From: Octopus vulgaris
Taxonomy: Eukaryota
DNA: 64,000 nucleotides
NCBI GenBank assembly: GCA_951406725.2
Contig: OX597831.1
Coordinates: 2,852,001-2,916,000, forward strand
Direction: 5' to 3'
Below are positions 42,237-52,182 of this stretch, one piece after another; the stretch's first letter is position 1; every line of letters starts with the position of its first letter. The notes under the pieces were generated by a model. That model did not search any database. It had not been told where the DNA came from and was given only the letters and a program-made list of their open reading frames with translations. The position numbers and the translations under genes were made by a program.

Positions 42237-42619
42237 ACGCACACCAACACTCACACACACACACATACACACACACACACTTATATACAGGAAATCAATG
42301 TCCTCACTTCCGGTTTCTATCGCAATTATTCTCATTTTTTTTTTAGGATAGCACACTTCCGCTTTTTAGAATGGTAAACTTCATGTCAACCCTTTTCCCG
42401 TTGTTTCCATAATATTTTTCGGTATGTATGGTATTACACGTGTGTACATGTGTGTATGTAAATTAATGTGGTAAACTGTTCTCTAATGATCTATTGTGGT
42501 TGAGCATCTAAACGCACTTGAAACACTTTTCGCAGGGCTCCGAACAATCACATTGATAAAAACGCGCGTAGGAGCTATAATATAAAGTCGTGTTTATTTC
42601 CCTAACACGTACATACATA

Positions 42620-43073
42620 CATGGTGGCTGCCCCCTCGTTATCGAGTATGGTCATTGCACGAAGCTTAATCAATCTTGTTATCGTGCAATGCCTGTGCAA
42701 GAAGATTTTTTCTTTAAGTGAGGAAAGGCTGTGCACTGAGTCAATCCCACTCACTAAGCAACAGCAGCCATAATCCGAAAAGAAGAACAAGTCAACATCA
42801 TCGGTAACCACTGAACCGCAGGTTTTATGTCGGAGTTATCCCAGTTACCTGAGTTACCTTCTCCTAGAAGGATGCCCTACCAAAGGCTAGGAGTCCTTCA
42901 CTCCCAATGGTTTAACCGCGCGATCGGGTATTCAGTCCGATTATTTCTATGTCCCCGCGCATGATACAGCCTTAAGATATTTATTGGATGGTCGTTGACT
43001 CTCAAGAGTTCCTCCGCCCTTTGACGGGTTTTGTTTTTCATCCCGCAGGGTGTCCAATAAGCACCCTCCTCAC
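42620..43073 (-). mobile_element. Short non-coding retroposon-like insert with an RTE-like 5' leader
   Basis: Complex GC-richer block within a (TACA)n tract. The minus strand has ctaggagaaggtaactc, which resembles RTE 5' UTRs. Confidence 0.35.
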
Positions 43074-43644
43074 TATACATACATACATACATACATACAT
43101 ACATACATACATACATACATACATACATACATACATTCATATACATTACACAAAAGGTTACCCAATCAAATCCACTTACAAGACTTTGATCGGCCCGGGG
43201 CTATAGTAGAAGACACCCACCCAAGATGCCGCACAGTGAAACTGAATCCAGAGTCACGTGGTTGGAAAGCAAACTTTTTTTTACCACGCAGCCACGTCTG
43301 AGAGTTTCGTGGTAATGGAAGTATCACTGATTAATTTTCAAAGTCACTAATAAAGTACAGTTTGATTTATCAGAGATATTAATCAAATAAAATTTTAATT
43401 ATGCTAAATTAGTCATTAATAAATTATCTTTAATAGTTATACAGTTTGTATATCGTTGTTGTTGCACTAAATATTGTTGCTTAAGTTCGGGTCTGTTATT
43501 AAATCTAAACCAACATTACTCATTACGTCCTCCAGTGCTATTGATGTTGGCGTTGTTGATTTTATTGTTATTTGGCTCCAAGGACTTTTTATTATTTTAA
43601 TCTAAGTGTACAGTATCCATTTTGATCTTGTTATCGTTGTTTTT

Positions 43645-44058
43645 ATAGGCTCATAAGGTCGCTGTCCCGGATTCTGTGGCGTATATATGTATATTTCTCC
43701 CATTGGACAGGACTCTGGTTCGTGACAGGATTACTCATTTTGTGCCAGCTGAGTGGACTGGAGCGACGTGAAATGAAGTGTTCTGCGCAAGAACACAACA
43801 CGTCGCCTGCTCCAGGAATCGAAACCACAATCTTACGGACACGAGTCCAACACCCTAAGCCACAGCAGAGAAAGTCCAAATACAACCAGCCATCGCATTC
43901 AGCTTTATAAATATACACACACCCCACACACACACACTCACAGGACTGGAGCGACGTGAAATGAAGTGTTCTGCGCAAGAACACAACACGTCGCCTGCTC
44001 CAGGAATCGAAACCACAATCTTACGGACATGAGTCCAACACCCTAACCACTAAGCCAC
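43645..44058 (-). mobile_element. SINE family C variant (H1 + T2); head tandemly duplicated
   Basis: Head resembles 4363/16800; tail resembles 23350-23423. A 188-bp duplication spans 43755-43942 and 43943-44135. Confidence 0.75.
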
Positions 44059-44723
44059 AGCAGAGAAAGTCCAGATACAACCAGCCATCGCATTCAGCTT
44101 TATAAATATACACCCCCCACACACACACTCACAGGCACACACACACACACGTACGTACATGCACAGCAAAAATGCTAAGCATTACATACAAATCTTTCGC
44201 ACTATTCAAAGCGCAGAAAATGTGGTCCGAAGATTGAGCGATATTCCACTACAAAACAACGTGTATTAATTTCCATGGTGAAAAATTATCTAAAATTCGC
44301 TGAAAATTCATTAAGCGAAACTGGTTTTTATTTATAACTAGCAGTATCGCCCGGCGTTGCTCGGGTTTGTTTCGACCCTTTAGAATTGGAATTTTTGAAA
44401 AGTAAAAATTTTTGCATTATGTAGCTTGTTATTCTCTTTAAGTGAACATTTTTCTGGTTGAATTACACCGAAAAACGGCGACACAGCAGTCAAAAAATCG
44501 TAAAAAATAGGGATTATCATAGAAAAAAAAGCACCTTTTTGATGTAAATAATTTTTGGCGTTAACATGGGCCGATTTGAATTTTTTCTTCTACGGAATGA
44601 AGAGCAAGCCTTCTTCTATCATGCTCGCAATTTTGGTCAACTTGGACCGCAGGGTCTCGGAAGAGATAGTATTACTTGAAGGCTACCAAACCTGCCATAC
44701 ACAGACAACTTCAGCTTTATATA

Positions 44724-45000
44724 TGTGATAAGTGTGGTGAAAAGGAGCGTAACAGAACAAGGAACAGAATTAGAAGTGTAATTTGGTCTTACCTGTAGAG
44801 ATGAAGCCGGATTCGCCTTGAGCCAACTTGCTAGCGTCTTGTCGTCTTGGCGTCGTTCTCGAGTCTGACTGCCCTGGTCGATGCCGCACGTGCGTTCTGT
44901 CGCTGACTTCCGCTTCCGCCGGCGCATGCGCCCTGCGAGACCTGCAAGACCCACTTCCGCTCCCTCCCTCTCTGTCACACTCCCTCATCACCACACCACA
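44724..45000 (-). repeat. 3' LTR (277 bp)
   Basis: Copy of 47807-48083, preceded on the minus strand by the PPT. Confidence 0.97.
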
Positions 45001-46433
45001 CGCCCCCCTGATCTATAGATCACTGAACCGGCTTCCTCACTCGCTCCCGCACCTGAAACTGGTTTCGTAGTCAGCCAACCAGGGAGGAGGGTGCCGCTCC
45101 TCTGTGGTCGCAGTGCGACCCTAGGACTTGTTTCTGGCGTGTTGCTGCCGACCTCGTCATCCTGTCTGTTGTTATCGTCTTGCCCACTGTTGCTTGTCCC
45201 ATCCTCCGGGGCATGGACAATCCTCCGTATGTCCAAAACGTGGCGTGGCATACCATCTACCGAGATGTTATTCTTTGAATTTACGGAGGTTATTGTCCCC
45301 TTTCCCCATTGCGATGTACACCGTGCGTTCGGGGGTTTCACCCAGACTTCCTCCCCGACCTGCACGAAGGCGTGCTCTTCCTCTGCCCCGGGTCGCATTG
45401 ATGTAGTACACGGATGCCTCCACTCGTACCTGAATATTGCCCTGTGTGGCACCGACTCCTCGGCCTGTCCTGATCTGGGCGACATGTTGTACCAAAACAC
45501 GGCCTCGACTGGTGAAATGTGACCCCTCTCAGCCATGGCCTTGATGGTACGATGATGCCTTTCCACCACCCCGTTTCCACTTGGCCGGTATGCCGCCCTG
45601 AAGAAGCGGTTGACCTTCCACTCATCAAGCATTTCTCTCAGCGCCTCCGAGCGAAATGCAGTGCCGTTGTCCAGAAGCAGTTCATCCACGGGGCCTCGTT
45701 CCAGGAATATCTCGTTCAGCACTTTCGCAATTTCTTCTGCGGTTCCTGACCTCATCTCCCTCCATATGGCGAACCGCCCCGGTCCGCAGTCAACCATTGA
45801 GAGGTATGTCCCCTGCCGGTAGTGTGTTATGTCCACCGCCAGTCGTCTCCAGTCCTGGTCCACTGGAATACTTCCCGCTTCATGCACGACCGGAGCAGGG
45901 TCGATGGACTGGCACCTGTCACAACTGCTAACCACTCTCCGCACGCTCTGTCTTGTTACGTCGGAGTCGACTTTTCTGGCCAGGAACAACGTCCTGTCCA
46001 CACCCATGTGATGCATGGTGTGCAGTCTCCGCAACTCCGAGTCGCTCAGATGGCATACTGCAGCTACATCCTGCTTCGCGTCCTCTGGCACTTGCAACCA
46101 GGCTCGCTTAACCCTGGTCAGGACGTCTGCCCTGTTCTTCTCGGAAGGCACAAAGATCACGCTCAGCTTCAGATTGAACTCAGTGGTCAGTTCACGCAGT
46201 ATCCCCAATCGACGCTTTACCAGCATCTCTGCAGCCCCTTTGGTCCGCACCCTCCGCTCATCGGTGATGACTGCCGTCGCCCAACCAAGTACAGTGGCTG
46301 AATCAGTCCTGATTTCTATGGTGTGCAACCCCCACTTCAAGGCTAGGTTCACCCCCTTCAGCACGGCTTCCAACTCCGCCACGTTGATGTGACTGCAGTC
46401 ATCCATCTTCCTGAGCCAGGCTGCATCTTCCAC
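44988..46433 (-). CDS. pol: Partial RNase H plus integrase (HHCC, D,D(35)E, C-terminal domain); out of frame with protease
   Basis: RNase H motifs HINVAELEAV...IRTDSATV, with the first catalytic DAS motif missing. HHCC region LHTMHHMG...CDRC. Catalytic AVDITH, LLLDNG and VERHHR with exactly 35 residues between D and E. An apparent 1-nt loss near 45097 shifts the typical RHPPPWLADYET tail out of frame, so the ORF runs into the LTR. Confidence 0.92.
   Translation of the reverse strand: MEDAAWLRKMDDCSHINVAELEAVLKGVNLALKWGLHTIEIRTDSATVLGWATAVITDERRVRTKGAAEMLVKRRLGILRELTTEFNLKLSVIFVPSEKNRADVLTRVKRAWLQVPEDAKQDVAAVCHLSDSELRRLHTMHHMGVDRTLFLARKVDSDVTRQSVRRVVSSCDRCQSIDPAPVVHEAGSIPVDQDWRRLAVDITHYRQGTYLSMVDCGPGRFAIWREMRSGTAEEIAKVLNEIFLERGPVDELLLDNGTAFRSEALREMLDEWKVNRFFRAAYRPSGNGVVERHHRTIKAMAERGHISPVEAVFWYNMSPRSGQAEESVPHRAIFRYEWRHPCTTSMRPGAEEEHAFVQVGEEVWVKPPNARCTSQWGKGTITSVNSKNNISVDGMPRHVLDIRRIVHAPEDGTSNSGQDDNNRQDDEVGSNTPETSPRVALRPQRSGTLLPGWLTTKPVSGAGASEEAGSVIYRSGGRVVW
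45001..45009 (-). promoter_or_regulatory. Polypurine tract (AGGGGGGCG)
   Basis: G-run immediately upstream of the 3' LTR on the minus strand. Confidence 0.7.
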
Positions 46434-47047
46434 CGTGACACCTCCCCCTCGAACTCACTTCTGGCATCTCCTTTTAGAGTATGCTGATAGCAGCCCACTT
46501 TGTTCTTTAACATCGGGGGCTCTCCCTTCCAGTGCCACTCCACTGTCCACCTCTCGCCATCAAAGACAGCCCGAAAATCCTGGTCTTCAATGGTGTGCGC
46601 CGCATCCATTTCCTCACGGTTGTCGTCGGTGCGTGGTGTCGCCCTACACGGCTTCCCTGCTAGCCCAAACGTTACGCCAGCCTCGTTGACGGTAACACCT
46701 CCCAGACGGGTGATCGCATCCATCCCCATCACCACGTCGATCTCGTCCACCAAGTGACCGACCACAATCGCTCGCAACGTCAGCTGCAGTCCCTGCACCA
46801 CGATCTGCGCATCCGTAACCCCTTCGCAGTGCACTTCTCTTCCGTCGACTGCCCTGACACTGCTTCCTCCACTCCACGTCTCTGCCACTTCTGTGGTCAT
46901 CAGGGTCGTCGTACAGCCCGTGTCCACCAGGGCTCGCGACATCTTCCCCTTCACCAGAATGTCGACCACAGGTAACGATGAGAAACGCGCCGCTACTAAT
47001 CCAAAGGGACAACTACCGGCGCAGTAGTCTCCCGCGGTCCGTTTCCC
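46358..47047 (-). CDS. pol: Aspartic protease (pol N-terminus), reached by -1 frameshift and truncated by the RT deletion
   Basis: ALVDTGCTTTLM active site and a VVMGMD motif. The frame is -1 relative to gag at G GGA AAC (47047-47041). Sequence after EFEGEVSRW is out-of-frame read-through into RNase H. Confidence 0.88.
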   Translation of the reverse strand, partial: GKRTAGDYCAGSCPFGLVAARFSSLPVVDILVKGKMSRALVDTGCTTTLMTTEVAETWSGGSSVRAVDGREVHCEGVTDAQIVVQGLQLTLRAIVVGHLVDEIDVVMGMDAITRLGGVTVNEAGVTFGLAGKPCRATPRTDDNREEMDAAHTIEDQDFRAVFDGERWTVEWHWKGEPPMLKNKVGCYQHTLKGDARSEFEGEVSRWKMQPGSGRWMTAVTSTWRSWKPC

Positions 47048-47751
47048 CGCAGACACTCGCTGGCCACATGCCCCGGCTCTCGGCACCGGTAGCAAATCAC
47101 CTCGGGCTTGGGCGACGCGCAGTCACGGACCATGTGTGGGCCCTGGCACCGGAAATACTGTCCCTTAAACGACCGCACGCGTTCTTTCCCCAGCCCCTCT
47201 CCGTTGCTCCTAGCTGGGCCACTTTTCGACGTTGCAGTCGCTGCTACCGACGTCGACCTGCTGCACGACACCAGTACACGTGCCCGCGATATAATCTCGG
47301 CCATCGGCATCGAACGCACGTTCGGGAGCTTCTGTAGCTCGACCGACATGATGTCGGGAAAGCCGGTCACGAACGCTAACCTGACCGTGCGTTCTAGCGA
47401 CTCTCCCTCATATCCCGCAAGTTTTGCCAACCTTCTAAGCTCGCCGGCGAACACGTCCACCTGCTGTCCTGTCCACCTCATCCTACCCAGTCGAGTGTAC
47501 GCTTCGAACATTCCTTCCGCGAAGGCCTCCATAAGTCGGATCTCCACCTTGTCCGCGCTGCGTTGGTCCGCTTCCTCCATCTCCAGATATAACGCCAACG
47601 CCGGGCCATCCAAATACAACGGCATAAAACTAGCCAGGTCAGCTATGCCGTGTAGCTTCGCCACCAACTTCACCCTCCTCAACCAAGCGACCACGTCGGT
47701 GTCGCCGCAAAACGGTGTTATAGGGTCGCGTGAAATCATAGCAGTCTGCAT
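46996..47751 (-). CDS. gag: Gag (capsid-like domain plus two zinc knuckles, the first degenerate)
   Basis: First ATG (MQTAM) at 47751. Intact CCHC knuckle CYRCREPGHVASEC; YFRCQGPHMVRDC is a knuckle with C->Y. Ends in TAG TAG. Confidence 0.9.
   Translation of the reverse strand: MQTAMISRDPITPFCGDTDVVAWLRRVKLVAKLHGIADLASFMPLYLDGPALALYLEMEEADQRSADKVEIRLMEAFAEGMFEAYTRLGRMRWTGQQVDVFAGELRRLAKLAGYEGESLERTVRLAFVTGFPDIMSVELQKLPNVRSMPMAEIISRARVLVSCSRSTSVAATATSKSGPARSNGEGLGKERVRSFKGQYFRCQGPHMVRDCASPKPEVICYRCREPGHVASECLRGNGPRETTAPVVVPLD
47006..47047 (-). promoter_or_regulatory. -1 programmed ribosomal frameshift signal (GGGAAAC, 7-nt spacer, hairpin)
   Basis: X XXY YYZ heptamer in the gag frame, followed by the stem-loop GGGA-GACTACTG-cgc-CGGTAGTT-g-TCCC (47033-47006). 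Confidence 0.75.
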
Positions 47752-47794
47752 AATTTTTATTTTTTTTATTTTCACGAAACCGAGTGATTATTTT

Positions 47795-47806
47795 GCCGAA
47801 ATAGCT
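47795..47806 (-). promoter_or_regulatory. Primer-binding site AGCTATTTCGGC, antisense to nt 1-12 of tRNA-Phe(GAA)
   Basis: Directly abuts the 5' LTR. The plus strand reads GCCGAAATAGCT, the conserved 5' end of metazoan cytosolic tRNA-Phe (GCCGAAATAGCTCAG...). No canonical TGG-starting PBS is present. Confidence 0.75.
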
Positions 47807-48083
47807 TGTGATAAGTGTGGTGAAAAGGAGCGTAACAGAACAAGGAAAAGAATTAGAAGTGTAATTTGGTCTTACCTGTAGAGATGAAGCCGGATTCGCC
47901 TTGAGCCAACTTGCTAGCGTCTTGTCGTCTTGGCGTCGTTCTCGAGTCTGACTGCCCTGGTCGATGCCGCACGTGCGTTCTGTCGCTGACTTCCGCTTCC
48001 GCCGGCGCATGCGCCCTGCGAGACCTGCAAGACCCACTTCCGCTCCCTCCCTCTCTGTCACACTCCCTCATCACCACACCACA
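47807..48083 (-). repeat. 5' LTR (277 bp)
   Basis: Minus strand reads TGTGGTGTGG...TTATCACA; 276/277 identical to 44724-45000. Confidence 0.97.
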
Positions 48084-48357
48084 ATATATAGAGAGATTAT
48101 TCTGTTTTTACAGCATCGTGATATAATCTGGTCATAGCTTTTGAAAACTAATGCAATCCTTCCTAATTTTGGCACAAGGCCAACAATTCTGAGGGTAGGG
48201 TAGGAGACAAGCTGATTACATTTCCCCCGCTCCCCCTCCAGTACTGGAGTGATATTTTATCGACCCCAAAAGGAATTTGAACTGAGGATGTAAATAAAGA
48301 ACCGGAAGAAATGTTGCAATAATACAAAAAAATGTAGAGAAATGTTAACTATACATA

Positions 48358-48522
48358 GGCGCAGGAATGGCTGTGTGGTAAGTAGCTTGCTAACCAACCA
48401 CATGGTTCTGGGTTCAGTCCCACTGCGTGGCATCTTGGGCAAGTGTCTTCTGCTATAGCCCCGGGCCGACCAATGCCTTGTGAGTGGATTTTGTAGACGG
48501 AAATTGAAAGAAGCCTGTCGTA

Positions 48523-48614
<92 letters not shown>

Positions 48615-49154
48615 TGTGTGTATGTCTGTGTTTGTCCCCCTAGCATTGCTTGACAACCGATGCTGGTGTGTTTACGTCCCCGTCACTTAGCGGTTCGGCA
48701 AAAGAAACCGATAGAATACATACTGGGCTTACAATAGAATAAGTCCCGGGGTCGAGTTGCTCGATTAAAGGTGGTGCTCCAGCATGGCTGCAGTCAAATG
48801 ACTGAAACAAGTAAAAGAGTAAAAGAGAGAGTATACCGCTATTTGGAAGTGAATATAGAAAGCTATTGAGCTCAAATTATGAAGGTGTCAATGACTGCCG
48901 TTCTACTAAATAGATTTCCGTATCGTTTGTTGCTGACGGGTTGATGTTTATTCATATTGGTTTTTTTCATATTGTAGGTGCAGGCGTGGCTGTGTGGTAA
49001 GAAGCTTGCTTTCCAACCGCATGGTTCTGGGTTCAGTCCCACTTCCGGAAACCTTGGGCAAGTGTCTTCTGCTATGGCTTTAGTCAGACCATAACCTTGT
49101 GAGTGGATTTGATGGACGGAAACTGAAAGAAGCCTGTCGTGTGTAGATAGAAAA

Positions 49155-49201
<47 letters not shown>

Positions 49202-49400
49202 TACACGTGTGTCTTTGTGTCTGACAACCGGTGTTGGTGTGTTTACATCCTCGTAAGTAGCGGTTCGGCAAAAAGGGTACGACAGAATACCAGGCTTAAA
49301 AAAAAAAACTACTGGGACCGATTCATTCGACTAAAAGTTCTTCAAGGCGGTGCCTCAGCATGACTGCAGACTAATGACTGAAAAGATGAAAGATAAAAGA
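48358..49400 (+). mobile_element. Two SINE family A copies (48358-48832 and ~48977-49400)
   Basis: Both match the family A consensus. Confidence 0.85.
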
Positions 49401-49728
49401 TCAATGTTTGATTCAGCATTTATGAAGAAGGGAGGTGGGAACGAAATAAAGTTGTGGCGTCTTTTTACTAATGGATGGCAGAGGATTAGACGTGGAAATG
49501 ATTTTTATCTGTGAATCCGCTAACTTCTAGTGCTTTATTTTAATAGACGGCTGTGTTGTCAATGTTTTCTTAATTGGATAAATGAGAGAGAGAGACTCGT
49601 CTACTGATGTTATTAATCAGGTTTTTTAGAACTACCGGAGGGTGACTGGATTCTATATTGATACATCTTATATCATGTTTTTTTTTAAAATCTCTTGTTT
49701 CATTCATTAAACTGCGGCCATGCTGGAG

Positions 49729-49792
<64 letters not shown>

Positions 49793-49807
49793 CATACATA
49801 TATATAT

Positions 49808-49868
<61 letters not shown>

Positions 49869-49927
49869 TCCGACGATAACTTAACTGACCGAAACCTCGA
49901 AGTGTCTGTCAATATTCTTCTTTAAGA

Positions 49928-49982
<55 letters not shown>

Positions 49983-51160
49983 GAATGAATAAATGAGTGT
50001 GCGTGTGTGCGTGTGTGTGTGTGTGTGTACCCTAACGTCGAATAAACCATGGGTTCTGACCTTTTAATCTTCGTAAGAGAGCAGGGGTTTTTCTAGCGGA
50101 AATAATGATATTGTTATCATCCATATTGTTATATGTCTTAGCGATTGTTTGAGCCGTATGGAAAATGAGGAATGAAATTCCACAATATCAAATCACATTA
50201 ACTTGGGGCGGTTTTATTGTTTATACAATTAATCAGCTAACGACTATACTGCTGTTATTCCATTAGTAGAAATTAGTTAACTTTTCAAGCTTACTGCTCA
50301 TATCACTTAAGGTTTGTCTTATTCACTATTCTGAATTTGGTTTGGCAGGATAGATTAATCTGCATTTTGGATTGAGGCATTATTCTTATGACCCTGGAGT
50401 GTGACGTACGCTTAGCCTTTAGCTAAACATTCTAATGTATCATTAATGTCGTTCGTCTAACGATTATCCAACATCATTGAATATGAAACCCTAAATCACG
50501 ATGTATTATCTCAAACAGACTATATATATATAATCATCATCACCATCATTTAACGTCCGTTGCCCATACTGGCATGGGTTAGACGGCTTGACCAGAGCTG
50601 ATAAGCTGGAAGGCTGCACCAGACTCCTGTCTGATTAGCATGGTTTTCTACGGCCGGATGCCCTTCCTAACGAGAGTGTAATGGGTGCTTTTATGTGCCA
50701 CCGGTACAGGTGCCACTTGCGTGACGCCGGTATCTTCCACAACTGCGATTTTTCTCGGCTTGATGGGTCTTCTTCTCAAGCACGACATAATGCCAATGGT
50801 CTTGGTAATTGCTTCCATGAGCCCCAAACTCGAAAGAAACTCAGCCACTTTGCCTCTATGAGGCCCAATGCTCGAACAGTGCTCTTTACGCGCCAGTTAC
50901 GTGACACCAGCATCAGCCATGATTCAATTTCATTTGGCTTGATGGATCTTCTCAAGCGCAGTATATCGCCAAAATGCAAAACAGCCTGTTTTCCCTCAGT
51001 TAAAAATGATCATCTCATTTATATCAACTCCATATTAGTCAACCTTTTCGATACGTAACTATTGCTGATTCCATTTAATAGCATTGCTAAATTTGCAAAA
51101 ACACTTTAATAAGTTCTTCCAATACAAAAGATGGTTCGATCTGGTTGTCCCCAAAAAAGT
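48835..51160 (-). pseudogene. Second, more decayed Penelope-like element
   Basis: [57 protein letters not shown] and KRRHNFISFPPPF motifs, split by SINEs and microsatellites. Confidence 0.7.
50534..50985 (-). mobile_element. Short retroposon family D
   Basis: Paralog of 3512-3800, inserted in the second Penelope-like element. Confidence 0.6.
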
Positions 51161-52182
51161 CTACGCTAAGAGCATTAGACCTCTTTGTAAGAAAGCTAGC
51201 GAATGTGTACGACAACAAAGACGAAAAGAATAAACAAACAAAAAAACGGAGAACATGGTACACAATTACGAATACAACAAGAAGATCAGATACGTACCGC
51301 CTGGGTAGGCAAGGTAGGCAGTGCCTACTCTGAATAAAATAGATCGATAGTAACATTCTCCTTTTATGGCAAAATATGCAACCTAATTCAATAAAATTAT
51401 GAAGGGCACTCTAATTACTATGCATAAAATGTAAATATCCTTTTTTTTTTGTAGATTAGGTAGGGATAATTCGCCCCTGCCTTTCAATTTCAGTATTAAA
51501 ACTACGCATGGAACTGCTGTAGTACACATGCTGCGTGCATTCCTACAACAACGTTCTCTTTACGCGCTATAAAGACAGAAGTAATTCTGCCTCCAACTCA
51601 GTCGCGCGTCTGTGTTTCGCTTACAAATTTTGCGTGTTTTACTACATAAGCGCCACCAACTTCCTACCCTGAGTAATTATTATATATGTAAGGATAATAT
51701 AACATGAGGATGGAGGATAACAAGCTTTAATAGTTGATCACGTTTATTTCTGCACAGCACACAAGCTTTAAGTTTCTGAGTTTATAATCAAAGGCTATAA
51801 TAGAACATTCTTTATAATTATTATACAGTTGAATGCTGTTCAGCAACAGCCGTGTATGATTGCTTCGTCAGAGCTGAATACAATTTATTCTTGTTGGATT
51901 TTTCTAGATACTATCTATCTAATCTATTTATCTATCGTATATATTTTATACATATATATATATATATACAAATTGAGACAGGGGTTGTAAATGCAACCCT
52001 CCATGGGATAACATATATCCAATATACTGCTAGTGAAGTACCCAACAAAGTTAATACATAAATGTTAAGGATTGCGATGCAATCAATTCATTTTATATAT
52101 ATATAATAATAATAATAAATATTAGGGAATAAATCCAAATTTACAGGGAAAAATCAAATTTATGATTGAATAATTAAGATAT

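Larger units (their letters stand above)
44724..48083 (-). mobile_element. Gypsy-like LTR retrotransposon, recently inserted, non-autonomous (RT deleted)
   Basis: Direct repeats at 44724-45000 and 47807-48083 (277 bp each, TG...CA ends, one mismatch at 44765/47848). Flanked by ATA/ATATA on both sides. Internal order is gag - PR - (RH) - IN. Purine tract AGGGGGGCG lies just before the 3' LTR. Confidence 0.97.
44338..48096 (-). mobile_element. Non-autonomous Helitron (~390 bp) interrupted by the LTR element
   Basis: Minus strand: A|TCTCTCTATAT... 5' end at 48096, hairpin CCCGAGCAACGCCGGG (44365-44350) and CTAG|T 3' end at 44338. Confidence 0.8.

Noticed and set aside
45091-47881. Plus-strand ORFs over the retrotransposon (for example 47108-47881 and 45822-46301)
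   Set aside because: Antisense shadows of GC-rich gag/pol with no motifs.
47807-48083. Tf1-type self-priming of the LTR element
   Set aside because: No sequence complementary to the PBS was found within the LTR.
44637-48126. Short ORFs inside the LTRs (MTEREGAEV...)
   Set aside because: Duplicated only because the LTRs are; non-ATG start or no recognisable domain.
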